The notes under the pieces: model-generated | Database searches by the model: none | Seen by the model: the letters and a program-made list of their open reading frames with translations, nothing else | What the model was told of the DNA's origin: nothing | Source of the DNA: Octopus sinensis | Taxonomy: Eukaryota | Length of the DNA stretch: 64,000 bases | Assembly (NCBI RefSeq): GCF_006345805.1 | Contig: NC_043006.1 | Location: forward strand, 102,176,001 to 102,240,000 | Direction: 5' to 3' | Shown: positions 49,236 to 63,765 of the stretch, in pieces | Layout of the letters: every line of letters starts with the position of its first letter | How positions within the stretch are numbered: the first letter of the stretch is position 1 | Translations under genes and position numbers: made by a program

Positions 49236-50651
49236 GCAATGATGAAGATGAATATTATTTAAAACAGTTTGATTCATTTCCCAAGTTTTTCAGGTTTCTA
49301 ACAGAAAGTTGTCTATTTCAGGCTCAGCTTACTGGATTTGGTAATCTCGGCCTGAAAGAAATGGATATCTGTGAAAGGCCCATGAAACTTTCATTCACAT
49401 GGACCTGAATCAAACTGTTTTAAATAATGCATGTAACTCCTACTAAAATGTTGAGTGCCATTTTCTTTTGATTGTACACTCACTTGTGTGTGTGTGTGTG
49501 TGTGTATATCTATGTATATATATAGATATAGACAGATGGATGAATGGATAAACGGACAGATAGATAGATAGGTGGGTAGGTAGGTAGGTATATACGTACA
49601 TCCATTCATTCATTATTTGAGAGACAATTAGATATTATTAAGCATGGTTGGTTGGTATGAAGTTTTGAACCAGTGGTCTGATCAATCACAAATAGGGGTC
49701 TCGTGTGTTTTACTGCAATTGAATATGATTGAATTAACAAGTTTCTCCTTCAAGCATGTCTTGTTGTTAAATGATATGTATGATTGGCAGTGTTTACTTA
49801 CATGGCATGTAGATGATGTTTGAATAGAGAAAAGTGACAGAACAGTGTATGTTGCTGATATTTGTGTTAATGGCACTTCTGTATTTAACTAGGTTGCCAA
49901 GTCTTTGCTCTAAACTAGCAACCCTTGTTGAACTTGCTTCTTCTAGATTTCTCCAGCCTTGACAGCATTTTCGTTATCTCAAGGAACTAAGCACTTATTT
50001 CTTTGTTAAACATACACGTTATAGAACTTACTGCAGTATTTTCTGTCATGAGAATTATTTCATTTCTTGCACAGAGGTCAGATCAAGATTTAGAAGGCGC
50101 TTAGAAAATACTAGATTTTGGTTGGTCAGAGTTCAAGACTTTTGAGAAATATCCTTTTGTCACTTTTTATCTTGTTAATCAGCAACCTTCTTATCACTGT
50201 AGCTTTCTTCATTCATGTTGGTTATAAGAAGAAAGCAATATCCAGGGTTGTCAGTAAAAATAAAGGCCACAGAGAAATTGGAAGTCAAGAATAGTAATGG
50301 CAGCCATAAATATATCAAGGATGGTCACAATATCAGGCATCTGCATACATCATTTTCAGCTATTGGACATTGCCAAAAATCAAAATCTATTGATTTGAAC
50401 TTTTCCTCTCTGTCATCTTTGAAACTTGGCAAATTATCATCATCATTATCATCTACTATTATTGGGTTGATAAATGAAATCTTCATTTTGCTCACATTTC
50501 CATTGTTATCACCATGGCTATAATAGTAACAATTTATTATTATTATCATCGTTATCATTATTATAATTGTTGTTTCATCGTCATCGTGGTAACCAGTTCA
50601 ACCATTGCAACTGCTAAACAACCTTTGTATTTTTATTCTATTGGTATGCCT

Positions 50652-50697
<46 letters not shown>

Positions 50698-50971
50698 CTT
50701 TGCCACATTATTAACTTTATTGTGCGAACACTATTCAGATAACCAGGTTCTTCAATGTATGCAGATTATCAGTGAGTTTTAAATCTCTCTTGAATTCATT
50801 GATTGATACATCTCTCTAAATATATGCAGTCACACACACATATTTATATGTATATGTGTGTGCATGTGTGTGTGTCTTTACACTTGCACAGATATGAATT
50901 TATCCATTCATATGAACACAGCTACATTTATAATTCATGTATACATATACAGAGACAAACAGTTTTATACT

Positions 50972-51013
<42 letters not shown>

Positions 51014-51544
51014 TAGATAGATAGATAGATAGATATACATATATATATATATATACATATATGTGTGTGTGTGTGTGTTTCCATAGTACATGTGAGAGAA
51101 AGAAAGAGTGAGAGTAATAGATGCAAAGATACTTCTATAAATGAACAATTATATCTGCAGTTCCAGCAGTATTAATTAATAAAATAAAACCATTTTTATG
51201 TGCAGACTGGAAACTTTCAAACATTAAAGTTTCACCTTCACATATTTTATATCATGTTTGAAGAACACAACTATCTTCAACCTTCACAACTTGTAGAATC
51301 ACTGGAGGAACTACTGAAGGTTTCATATTTATGTTCTGTGTTTAGATTGGATCACTCTAGCAAAACCACAACTGTCTTTAAGCTATCGATGTGAGAGGAA
51401 ATACCTATATTTATTTTATTTAGCTGTCAAAGATATATCATCATCATCATCATCATGCTTACAGTTGCTTTTTTTTCCATGTTGGCATGGTAAGGAGGAA
51501 ATTTACTCGGCATTGTTGCCAACCTTATTTCTTTTTCATCATAC

Positions 51545-51810
51545 AGGCACAACATAAAAAAGCTCTCATGCTGGTACTACATAATGGTACCCTGGCCTGC
51601 TCCACGTAAAAGCATCTATACTGGTGCCAAATAAAAAGCTCCCAGCTCACTCTGTAAAGTGGTTGGCATTAGGAAGAGCATCCAGCTGAAAAAACCTAAA
51701 CCAAATCAAATTGGAACCTGGTGCAGCTCTCCTTCTTGCCAGTTCTAGTCAAATTGTCCAACCCATGCCAGCATGGAAAACAGACATTAAATAGTGGTGA
51801 TGATTATGAT
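51545..51810 (+). mobile_element. Degenerate family B SINE
   Basis: GTGGTTGGCATTAGGAAGAGCATCCAGCTG...CCAACCCATGCCAGCATGGAAAACAGACATTAAA. Confidence 0.65.
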
Positions 51811-52552
51811 ATGTTTTTATTTCATGCATCGAAACTACTAAAAACTATGTTCAGTATCAGTATGGTGACACAACAAAACAGTTTCACAGACATGTGTGTG
51901 CCCCAGGACGGACACACACACACACACAAGGTTCTATACAGATTCCATTTACCAAATATTTCACTCACACAGCACAGAGGGATGGAATCCAAAACCACAT
52001 GTTTCAAGTGAAACTACATGTTTCAAGTGAAGATTTCAACTACACAGCCATACCCAGACCTCATTTAATATACAGGTACACCACTAATTTTCCAGCTGCC
52101 AATGTTCCTGCACCCACTTTAATCTTGATAAATTATGAAAGAACTTGAAATTCCTATTGTTGCCAGTCTAGTTCATTGCTCAACCACAGGTGGCATTGTG
52201 TGTATTATGTGCTTACATGCTTTATTTACACATTACTTTTTAATGGCTATACCAAAATTTTGATTGATCCTCTGCTTAAAGTTACCCTTAGGCATGGCTA
52301 CTTCAAATAAAGGAACTGAGAGTGTCATTGTTAGTGTGAGATGTAAATACCAATCTCTATTGGTCAAAGATAAAGTAGAACTGTCCACAGTACTTTAGAC
52401 ATATGGGAAGTGTATAATCAGTAGGGTAGAGATGTGCTGATGAATGAACACGTGTGGTATGTCAAAATGAACACACGTGGTATGTCAAAATGGTTAATCC
52501 ATCAAAGTTTTGAAACCAAGAATACGGAAAAACCAATGGCTTACTTTTACAT

Positions 52553-52800
52553 ATATCATCATCGTCGTTTAACGTCCGTTCTCCATGCTAGCATGGGTTG
52601 GACGGTTCGTCCGGGGTTCTGGGAAGCCAGAAGGCTGCACCAGGCTCCAGTCTAATTTGGCAATGTTTCTACAGCTGGATGCCCTTCCTAACGCCAACCA
52701 CTCCGTGAGTGTAGTGGGTGCTTTTTACGTGCCACCTGCACAGGTGCCAGGCGGGGCTGGCAACGGCCACGGTCAAATTGGTGTATTTTATGTGCCACGG
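52553..52800 (-). mobile_element. SINE family B, 5-prime truncated
   Basis: Reverse complement of ~34350-34596. Confidence 0.8.
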
Positions 52801-52811
52801 TCAGATTGGTG

Positions 52812-52861
<50 letters not shown>

Positions 52862-52867
<6 letters not shown>

Positions 52868-53047
52868 GAGGAGTTTTGATATTGATTTCCTAATTTTAAT
52901 AATAATATATCATTAAAAAATATATATGTATATAATCGCTCATATTAAATACATAAATACTTAATAGTATTAATACTTTGATACAATTGAGCACTCAATA
53001 TAAATCCAGTATATAATATTCTCATTGAATATATTTAACTAAAGATT

Positions 53048-53079
<32 letters not shown>

Positions 53080-53272
53080 ATATATATAAATAAGAGGAGT
53101 TTTGATATTGATTTCCTAATTTTAATAATAATATATCATTAAAAAATATATATATGTATATAATCGCTCATATTAAATACATAAATACTTAATAGTATTA
53201 ATACTTTGATACAATTGAGCACTCAATATAAATCCAGTATATAATATTCTCATTGAATATATTTAACTAAAG

Positions 53273-53310
<38 letters not shown>
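52862..53310 (+). repeat. 226-bp tandem duplication bounded by (TA)n tracts
   Basis: 52862-53048 and 53088-53276 are identical apart from one TA unit. Confidence 0.95.
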
Positions 53311-53311
<1 letters not shown>

Positions 53312-53482
53312 AGCCCAGTTTTAGAATAGGTATACCATATGCTTGCATGGCATAAGAGACAGCTAAAAGGGGTTGGTATCAGAAAAGGCATCCACCCATA
53401 GAACACTGCCTTGAAATTTTCCACCTAACACACACTAACATGGACAGCTACATGTAAAAACAATGGTGGTTATGACAGTAGC

Positions 53483-53521
<39 letters not shown>

Positions 53522-54189
53522 AGTATTTCATTTGATTGTCAAGAATTTATTTCCTAATAATGGGCTCTTGATACAAATTGTATTTAATTCAATAGAATAT
53601 ATAATAGACTAAGAAAGAGTACAAAGTATTAAGTGCAAAAGTTATAAAGTTTCATTGAGTATATTAAATTAAACAGGCAATCAGAATGGTATTGTTTTTT
53701 GCTTAAACTGTTGAGATGGTTGCTAAAATCTAATGAAGTATTTGCTAATTATACATTGCTAATGATTAAAATAGTAAGTTGTACCTAAATATAATATATA
53801 TTTACGTATATGAAGTGAGCCAAAAAGAGGTTTGCATCTTGATTGCGCCTATATTGTTGCTGTAAAAGAATGCAAGAATCATCAATGCTGTTCTATTATT
53901 AAATTAACCAACTGTAACTCTCAGCAGGAATTGTTTACCTCTAGGCCACCCCTGGTTGGGCAGAAGTAGAATGAAAGTTTTTGGGGTTTTTTTCCAGTCA
54001 TAGTCTTTTTATATATATAAAACTGCCTTGTCCAACGTCTTTTTCCTTTAGATGGTTAGTGTAATTTGAAGTAGATTTAATTACTATTTCTAGCAAGTTA
54101 AGCAACCATGTAGATAGAGACTGCTTGGTTGACTAAGAATAGAAGGTGAGAAATTTCTGATTAGGAATATTAAATGATTGAAATTGAAT

Positions 54190-54560
54190 ATTATTTTGAA
54201 GAAATTCATTGGTGAATATTAGTTGAAATATCTACTTAGGCATATCATCTGAGGTTGTATATTGATCTAGTAGAATGCAGTGTTTGATAGCTCAACTGTA
54301 ATATCTTCATTGTTTATTAAAATTGTCTTGCCTGCATAAGACAATCTCTGTAGTACTGGTGCCATGGTTATATAAATTACAGATTTTTTTCTCAAGAGAT
54401 TATTACCATAATCTTCCCTTTAATCTAATCTTGTTTATATTTTACTGTTGTGCATTTTCTTTAGTGTAGACTTTTCTACTGCTATCAGTTTGTTATTCCA
54501 AGCATAACTATTCTGTCTTTGTACATCCAAAACTATTTTCTCTAATGTGTCCGTGGTTGG
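54190..54560 (-). pseudogene. Possible L1/Tx1-type LINE fragment
   Basis: Minus strand RLSYAGKTILIN resembles the post-RT motif LS.AGR..LI; otherwise very degenerate. Confidence 0.3.
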
Positions 54561-54659
54561 CTGAAACAGCTGACACTTCTCATTCTCAGTATTCTAACAA
54601 CCACATGTATAGCTTTCATAGAGCCAGATTCACCAGAAGCCAATACTCCTATGTCACTC

Positions 54660-55420
54660 ACAAGTGAGTTCTTTTTTAGAGAAATTTAGTGAAAGCATTG
54701 TTGTTTCTGTAGACATTAGCAAAATCCTTGAAAGTATTTGTCATACAATATCATATCAAAGCTTCTTACTTCTGGGGTCCAGTCTGTTAGATTTTGGATA
54801 AGTAGCTTCCTATCAGATCACACCATCGCAACATATGTACATTGCTCTGTGTGTCCCACAATCAATCCTACTGCCCCCACATCCCCGGGCTTGGTTTTGT
54901 CTCTATTTTCCATTGCTTCCTTCCATACATCAATGACTTACTTGCTGCAATGGTCCAACAAGGCCCATTCTTGCACTGATGACTACAACTTTTCATTCTT
55001 TCTGATCTTCCTCAGTTGCTCATCATTCACATGCAGTCTAGACACCACATGCCCACTGATTCTATGCACTGTGACCCCTAAAGTATCCTCCAGTTGAGGA
55101 TGCTCTAGTCATGCCATTCTTGTCTTTTTGGACAACAAAAATACACAAGCACTATGACTATCAAGAAAACATCATTGTACCACATCTCTCTGAACAGGAG
55201 CAGCTCTCAACTAGAGACCTCACAATTAGTCCAAATGTCAGGTCTCATTATTACTAAAGAACTCTCCTTGCAAAAGCACACCCTTAACAAAGCTTGAATC
55301 ACATTCCAAAGCATAGTCCTTCTCTTTTGGGCAAGAAGGCACCTCAGATTCCATCAATTATTGACACTCTTCAAAACTCATGTGAGACTCACAATGGAGT
55401 TTTGCTCTCACACTTGAGGT
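54660..55420 (+). pseudogene. CR1/Jockey-like LINE RT fragment, highly degenerate
   Basis: FSESIVVSVDISK (cf. GESFxVALDISKAFD), FWISSFLSDHTI, HSCTDD (cf. HSYADD). Confidence 0.6.
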
Positions 55421-55857
55421 GGTGGTGTCACTGCTGTACACACAGACATCCTATGAAAGGTCACTTGACTAATTGCCATAAACTCACTCCCACATATGCT
55501 TCAAGCTCTGTACCATTGGTATACTGTCTTTTCTGTTTGCCTTTTCTGCTTTTGGCTGGTCTCATGCTGTCTCCCCTCATGCACTCATCTCCCCTCTTCT
55601 TGTCAACTTTATTATGAATAAAAATGCTCAAGCCCCACCCTAACCACAAGACCCAGTCTTTCCTCTCCTGAAAATTAGCCCTCTGGAATGTCCTCCTTGT
55701 TCATGTCTTTCTTGCAAATGTTAACATGCAACAGTTTAAGTGGAACTCAAACAACATCAGTCAAATGAGCCATGGAAGGTTTGCAAAGGCCATGAGTACT
55801 GCTCCTTCTTCCACACATAACGAGTGAAATAAACAAAATCTTCATTTTCTTGTATTA

Positions 55858-57148
55858 CGAGGGGCGTTCAATAAGTAATGCCCCTGACACACTTCCCATA
55901 ACAGTAGAGCAACGAAACTTGGCACAGTTATTAGTCCTTTTCTACATAGGAAGCACCCAGAGTTATGCATTTCTCCCATCGTTTGATGCAGCTCTGGAGA
56001 CCGTTTTTGTAGAAGACCCCAGCTTGGTCCTCCAACCACGACGTGACTTCAGAAATCAAGGCTGCATCATCTGGGAAACGCTTTCTTTTCAAAAACAACT
56101 TCATCGCTGGGAAGAGGTGAAAATGAGAGGGTGCAAGGTCAGGAAAGTAGGGGGATGGGGGAAGAGTTCATAGCCGCACGCCTGTGCTTCTGATCTGGTG
56201 ACACGCGAGTTGTGGACCGGAGCGTTGTCCTGAAGGAGGAGGATGCCTTTGCTGATCTTGCCCCGCCTCTTGATTTTGATAGCTTCTCTTAATTTCCTCA
56301 AAAGTGAAGCATAATAGGCTCCTGTAATTGTGGTACCCTTTGCCACGAAATCTATCATCACTACTCCGTCCTGGTCCCAGAAGGCTGTCAGCATGACCTT
56401 GCCAGCAGAGGGCTGCACCCTTGCCTTCTTTGGAGGAGGTGAGTCACGGTGCTTCCACTGCATTGACTGGGCTTTGGTCTCTGGATCATAGTGATGGACC
56501 CAGGTTTCATCCTGTGTAATTAGTCTTTTGAAAAATGTTGACTCATCTTCTTGGCACATCTCCAAATTCATCCTCGAGCACTCGACGCGTTCTTGCTTCT
56601 GGAAAGGTGTGAGCAATCTGGGAATCCATCTGGCAGACACCTTTTGCATATGCAAATGGTCATGAATGATAGTTTCCACAGACCCGGTACTAATCTTGAC
56701 CTCATGGGCTATTTGGCAAATAATTATGCGTTGATCTTCCAAAATGGCAGCCTCAACTTGACGGACAGATGCCTCATCAATGGCAGAAGGGGGCGACCAG
56801 ATCTGGGAGCTGTTTCCACAGAGTTCCGACCATGTTTGAATTCACGATGCCAGCGTTTTACAAGGTCATATGATGGGGCATCATCACCAAAAGTTACTTT
56901 CATTTCATCAAAAGTCTCCTGTGGTGTGCGTCATTTCAAATACAAAAACTGGATCGCTGCTCGACACTCAACAGGCTCCATTTCACACTTGACTCAGTTC
57001 AAACACCTGTAAATCAGAAACCACAATTAGTACAGAGCTGTAATTTACTACTTAATCTGTAGAGATATGAATAATTGCACATGCAAAATTTCAGCTAGAT
57101 CAAACAACTGCAAGTGGGTCAGGGGCATTACTTATTGAGCGTCCCTCG
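55858..57148 (-). mobile_element. Full-length (1291 bp) DD34D mariner transposon
   Basis: 31-bp TIRs CGAGGGGCGTTCAATAAGTAATGCCCCTGAC (2 mismatches) flanked by TA duplications at 55856-57 and 57149-50. Confidence 0.95.
55931..56981 (-). pseudogene. Mariner transposase, inactivated
   Basis: ATG at 56981, TAA at 55931. Motifs WIPRLL, ITQDETW, QDNAPVH, and YFPDLAPS after restoring a frameshift. One premature TGA, two frameshifts, third catalytic Asp mutated to His. Confidence 0.9.
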
Positions 57149-60100
57149 TAAATGTATTTTTACTAGACACTTGCAAGAAGGCTAGCAAACATTATTTTCA
57201 AGAATGTAGCTCAAGTGAATGCAAAGACCAAGTCTTTGCTGACTCAACAGTATTAAATTAAAATAAACGACAGCTGTTGGTATTTTCATTTCCTTTACCT
57301 GTATTGGAGATCGGCATATTTTTATAAAGTGGATAATATTCAATTCCATTCTGTAATACATGTATTGTTCTTGACTTTAGTGGGAAACATGCTTGAGAAA
57401 ACTAATTTTTGATCCACATTTTAGTCGATATTATGTAAAAATGTATTGAGAAGTATGTTAATTTATTTTCTTATTTCTTATCTATTTAATTTTCAAATTC
57501 GTCATACATTTCTAGCATTTACTAACCACTCTTTAATAATAAATGGAGTTTAGATGGACTTAAAAATTTTATAAATATGTGTGTGTGTGTGTGTAAATAT
57601 ATATATATAAATGTATGAATATATTAATGCACTTTTATAGAGTCACCATTCAGTTGTTATTAAATTTTGCAATCTTTACATAAATTTGCAATTTTTACAT
57701 CATGCAACTTTTGATTTTTCTTTTTCCCTTCCCTGCAAGAGGATTAAATAGGCTTTCTAAAATTTTATCCGTTTAAATGTACAAGAGAAATATGTTTTCA
57801 GATTAAAGTTAACGAAAACGATTGCAAATCCATTTGTTTTTCCATGACTGATTTTTCAGAAATAATTTTCAAACCAAACAGTTAAAATTGGTAAAACTTC
57901 AAATAGCAGCTTTTGAAGTTTACACAAATTTAAATCAATTCCGGAATGTAATTTCCTAAATTTCTTCCAAAAAACTTCTAGAATCCACTTTTTACTACAA
58001 ATATTTATGCTTTGCCACTTTCTCATTTTCAATTTTACTATAAAAGTTATATTTCATGTATGTATGTACGTGTGTAATTTATAATTGTTTGCTATAAAGT
58101 ACATAGTACTCATTTCATATATGTGGTAGAGTTTGTCTTGATGACAGAATCAATTGCATGAATGTGTGTGTGCGTGGTGTGTTTAAAGAATTTAGGAGAG
58201 GAGGTTACACAAATATACATGTATGTGTATACCCAGTTTTTATGCTTTATTTTTCTTACACAAATCTAAGTGCTCAAAACATGCTGGGTGTAAAACTAAT
58301 GTGCATTTGCATATGAATGTAGTTGTGTATGTTTATGTGTGTAGTTGTAACCAAGTTCATATCTGCATTTTAAAACATACATTCATACTTTCATACATAT
58401 ATACATACACACACACAACAGAAATATTGTATTGGTTTTTTTGGCGGAGGTGTGGGGTTATTGTAAGAAGGCATTTTGTAACACAGATGCAAGTGCACAT
58501 GTGTTCATTCACACATGCACGTGCATGTATGTAAAATGTTATTTTTATCATCATCGTCATTAAAAATGACAATAATAAATGAATTACATTCTCTCTCATA
58601 TCAAACGATAAAAATAAATGTTACATTGTATGTTAGGGTTTAAAGGAAAAATCAATATGATTTAGAATTTCCCACACAACTCCTAATGCAAAAATATTTG
58701 AAAATTCAACTTTTAAACCAGAAAACAAATTATGTAGATTTGTATACATTTAAAGGCAGATGAAGTTTTTTAAAAATTAAACCCAAAAAGTATATTTAGT
58801 AAAAAATTAGTTTCACAATCTCTGAAAAAAAATACTGAAACAAATGATTGGAAGAACAATATTGTAGATCTTTCCCAACAAGGAGAGAGAACAGCAGTAA
58901 TGATGATGGGACTTATGGTGATGGAAATAGGTATAAAAGAGACAGTAATGGAGGTGGTAGTGATGGTATTAGTAACTGATACTGATAATAATGGTGATAC
59001 CAGTTATGCATGAGAGTTGCTAATCTGACATTTGGTAGATTTTCATATCCTCAAAATATCAACGTAAGGTTTCTGGTCTTGTGGTACCACTGTAATTTAA
59101 TTTACTAGTCTTTTAATTGACTAAATTTTTTATACAAAATGCTTTATAATCAGTATGATTTTGCATCATCTTCCAATGTGTCGATTCTTTTTGCTAGCGC
59201 GGAAAATGGACGTTAAACGATGATGATGATGATTTAGATAATCATTTTCTAGCCATATTATCTCATTCAAAATGACAATGACTGTGTAAAAAGACTTTGA
59301 ATCTGTAGATACAAAAGCTCTGGGTTTAATTTCAGAGATGATTCTGTTGCTCTGTTAGCAAATTTAGCAATTATGTTTGCCATTAGAGACTCATTTATGA
59401 CTAAGCGATGTTTTCAGTGTCCTCAAATCAGACCATAATGTTAAGTCATTTTAGACAAACTTTACTGCAGTTCTGTAAATTACATGTTAGTTACCTTCTA
59501 TGGGCCCTTGATTGTGCACTTCCCTTCTATTTAGACCTGAATTTTTTGATTATGTCATTTTCCTATAATCTTTGAAATCTTCCAAGTGGTCTCTTTCAAT
59601 CCCTTAGATACCATTTAAGAACTGCACAGTTCCACCTGTTGTATCTGAGTTTTAGAACTTGTGCTTTTGGTTAAATTCATGGTCAAATTGTTCACTTATT
59701 TCCATTCTTGAATTATCTCCTTTTAAATATGCTTCCATAATGTTATTCCTAAACTAGATCTTTCCATGGTCCTTCACATCATAGCTAGTCACTATTTTTC
59801 TTTGTAGTAGACCATGTCTTACTTGCATATAAAAAGAGCAAGTAAGACAGATTGCTATGCTGTGTCTTATCCAGCTCTGCCTGAGCTCATATTTAATCAA
59901 GGCAAATGCTTTTCACTCTGCCATTACTCATTGCAAGATTCCGACTTCCATGTTTGTAATAAATTTAATATCACAGAAACCTAGAAGCATAGAAATAAAA
60001 AGCTACTATTAAAATAAATTAACAGAGATGCAGCTGTTGAATTTTGTGCGTTTCACTACTGTACCTATATTTAGTTTTCTCACTGTACTTACTAAGAAGA

Positions 60101-62619
60101 TTCACTATTGATATTAGATATAATGAGCACTAATTTAAGACAGAATAAAAACGTACGAGAGATCCACTGATGGGATTCAAACTTCATGCTACCAATTACG
60201 TGAGAGTCCTGTCATTCCATCATCATAAAGTTGTAGAATAAAAGATTATTTTCTGCTATCTTTACTGTGCTACTTTACAGCTATGATATCCCTTTTGCTT
60301 CAAAAATGAATTATCATCCACTTGGCGTTGTCATGGTAGGTTATTCTACTAATGGAAACGAGAGCAAGTCTGGTGTGGAATAATTGGTAAACAGTCATCC
60401 AGCAAGCAAAAGATAGATAGTTCTAGTCCTATGTTTACAATGTGTAATAATACTAACATTAAAATCTTAGCTGTTACTTCTGAAGTTCTTTTTTTTTTAG
60501 TTTATATGTGAGTAGGTACTAGTAGAAAGGGCATTCAGTTATAAAAACAACTGTACCAACACTATATAAAATTCCTAAATGTGCCGGATCCCCTGTCTGC
60601 ATGACAAGTAGATATAGAATGTTTTTATATCCACATGAAGAAAGCTGAACATTCTTTTATTCTCCTACTTGATTCAGTCATTGGACTGTGACCAAGGTGG
60701 GACATCATTTTGAAGACCTTGCCAATAAAATTAATTCCTTATTCACTTGATCCCTTTTGCCAAACTGCTAAATTATTGGTATGTAAACGATCCAACAACA
60801 GCTGTCAGGTGGTGAGAGACAAACACATAGTGATGTACACTCACAAGTCAGGAGCTGATCTTCAGAAGATCATAGAAAATGGGAACTTCAGACTGTAAAT
60901 TTGTTCATACTATTTATTATTGGTTGGCAAGATACTACAGAAAAATTCTAAATTCGAAGTGTGAGTAGCATTGCTAAAAGACTGTCATGAACATAACATG
61001 TGCAAAAGAATCTTGGAATAGTTAATATTTTTGGAATGTTAACATTGATATATTTTAAGAATTCAAATTAAAATTATGCTTAAAATTATCATTATTTTCA
61101 GATGGCAAAGAATGTTTAAGGAAATAATTATTGACATTATAAATTATACAAGAGAGAGAACTCTTAAGAGATTAATTGCATTAGATTAAAATCTTATTCT
61201 GCACTTATACCACTATAAACAAGAATTTATTAACCAAGAAACATTAAAAGTTTTAACAAAACTCCAACACTGCTTAGAAGCACTCAAAAATTTTAATTTC
61301 TTGTTTAAAATATTAAAACTTTGTTGTGAAATATTCAGTTTTTTGATGAGGCAAATATTACATTATGTGTTTCCAGAGAAGCATGTTCAATAATAGACTA
61401 ATTTATCTTTAAAGTATGCACTGATCTTTAGATTCCAAATTATTTAATCTTGCATGATTCTTTAAAATAAATAGAATATCTTCTTTCAAAAGAATTTTCC
61501 ATCAGCTTGATTGATATAAGATTTAAGGGTCATTTTGCCAGCAAGGGAGATTTTTAATGTAGTCGACTAAAGCTTTTAAAAAGACACCAGCAAGTGAAGA
61601 AATGGAGTCAACTTGTAGGCTGTTGGAAAAAATAAATTGAGCTGTATGTTCAGGCAAAATTCCTATAATTATATTTTTTCACACACTGTGTCACAGGATT
61701 CTTTGATTTCATATAATTATGCATCTCTTCATATGAGTCATCATTTCACAGTATTTTCTATATTGAGCCAAAATAGATTATTTTTAAATATCTATTACAA
61801 ATATATATAATAGATTTTTTAAAAAAAATATCTATTACAAATCTATTATAAATGCATTTTTGTATCCAACTACATCATCGTCACTGATCTGCTTCCTAGT
61901 TTGACAGCTTCTTCATTCTTTGGAGAATTCAAATTTCTGTTTAGTCTTCTGGTATTTCTTCATAATCTTACTCTCTATGTTCGTACATCTAAATCCATTT
62001 CTAACTGTACCATAGGCAGTGTCAACAACAGTAGCAACAACAACAGTAGTAGTAGTAGTAGTAGTAGTAGAAGAAGAAAATTATCTTTTCTATTTTTATT
62101 TGCTTCTTTGCTAGCATTTCTTTCTTAGTTTTTTTTTTTCCCCCTAGTTTTCTTATTTTCCATTATTATGGGAATGTTATCTAAAATTTAATTCATGTAT
62201 AATTATAAGATAAGGATTGCCATCTTTCTGAATCTGTTAAGAATGCTTCAGTACTCATTAGTTCAAGATTAGATCAAATAATTTTTTTTTTTCCCATTTT
62301 CATAACTTGTGTACAACTGAATATCTTGGATAATTGCGGGGAAAAAAATAATTACAACTTATATTTTATATTTTTTTTCAATAATTCAGTTTGTGCATTG
62401 AGTTGAAAAATTGGATTTTTGAGGTGGAAAGCATTAAATATAATTATTAATAGCTGTATACTAAAGCAGTGTTCATCACTAGCATATTTGAGTGTTGTTT
62501 AATATGATTTAAATCATCTTCATGTATGTATATATACACTTGCAACATACACACATAAATATATATAAGCACTTGTCTCTCTTGTTCTCTCTCCCTCACC
62601 ATATATATATATATCAATA

Positions 62620-63007
62620 GGTGCAGGAGTGGCTGTGTGGTAAGTAGCTTGCTTACCAACCACATGGTTCCGGGTTCAGTCCCACTGCGTGGCATCTTGG
62701 GCAAGTGTCTTCTACTATAGCCTTGTGAGTGGATTTGGTAGACAGAAACTGAAAGAAGCCTGTCGTATATATGTATATATATGTGTGCATGTGTGTTTGT
62801 GTGTCTGTGTTTGTGTCCCCCACCATCGCTTGACAACCGATGCTGGTGTGTTTACGTCCCCGTCACTTAGCAGTTCGGCAAAAAGAGACCGATAGAATAA
62901 GTACTGGGCTTACAAAGAATAAGTCCCGGGGTCGAGTTGCTCAACTAAAGGCGGTGCTCCAGCATGGCCGCAGTCAAATGACTGAAACAAGTAAAAGAGA
63001 GTAAAGA

Positions 63008-63008
<1 letters not shown>
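62620..63008 (+). mobile_element. tRNA-type SINE, family A (near full length, small internal deletion)
   Basis: Collinear with the reverse complement of 14100-14514, but lacks the ~17-nt CGGGCCGACCAAAGC segment after CTATAGC. Confidence 0.85.
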
Positions 63009-63047
<39 letters not shown>

Positions 63048-63634
63048 ATGTATATGTATATCACTCATGCTAGCATGGAAGGTAGATGTTAAACAATGAT
63101 GGTGATATACATATATACATACATCACCAGTAACATTCATGCTTCTACAATTATATTTTTGTGTGTGTCTGTGTGAGTGTGTCTGTATGTGTGCATGCGT
63201 TTTCTTCTTTTAACCCCAGGTCAGTCCTGATCAAGCAGATCAATATTCAGAGGCAATATACAGCCACAGCTATTACCATATCTTTTCCTTACATGTAGGG
63301 AAGTCAGAACCACATAATCCAAGTCCTTTTCTAAGATGGCACTGTGTGATGTGAGGGAGATTTGGATGTATTTCTAACAGGTTTAGCAACCACATAGAGG
63401 CTATGTCAATTTTAAGTTTGTTATTTGTGCCCCTTTCAGTTTACTAGGTTCCAGCAACATGAGCTTGCCTTTAAAATGCTTTTATTTCAATAATACTTAA
63501 TGTCTGCTTTGAGTTACTGCTTCTTCATACAACCTGCAGCATTAATTAATTTTACTATTAGTATTCTATACAAGGTAACTCAAGCATTAGAACATTTCAA
63601 ATAGCTTTGTGGCATTTGTTCTGGTCCTTTATAG

Positions 63635-63765
63635 GCTGAGTTTCAATCCCATTAGGGTCAGCTTTACCTTTCATCCAATCAGAGTCAATAAAATAAAGTA
63701 CCAATGAAGTACTAGATTTGATTCAATCCATTAAACCCCTTCCTCTAAATTCCAGGCCTTTTAAC
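63635..63765 (+). mobile_element. Degenerate family C SINE fragment
   Basis: TGAGTTTCAATCCC, CTTTACCTTTCATCC and AATAAAATAAAGTACCA blocks. Confidence 0.5.

Noticed and set aside
56551-57012. 153-aa plus-strand ORF
   Set aside because: It is the antisense frame of the mariner transposase.
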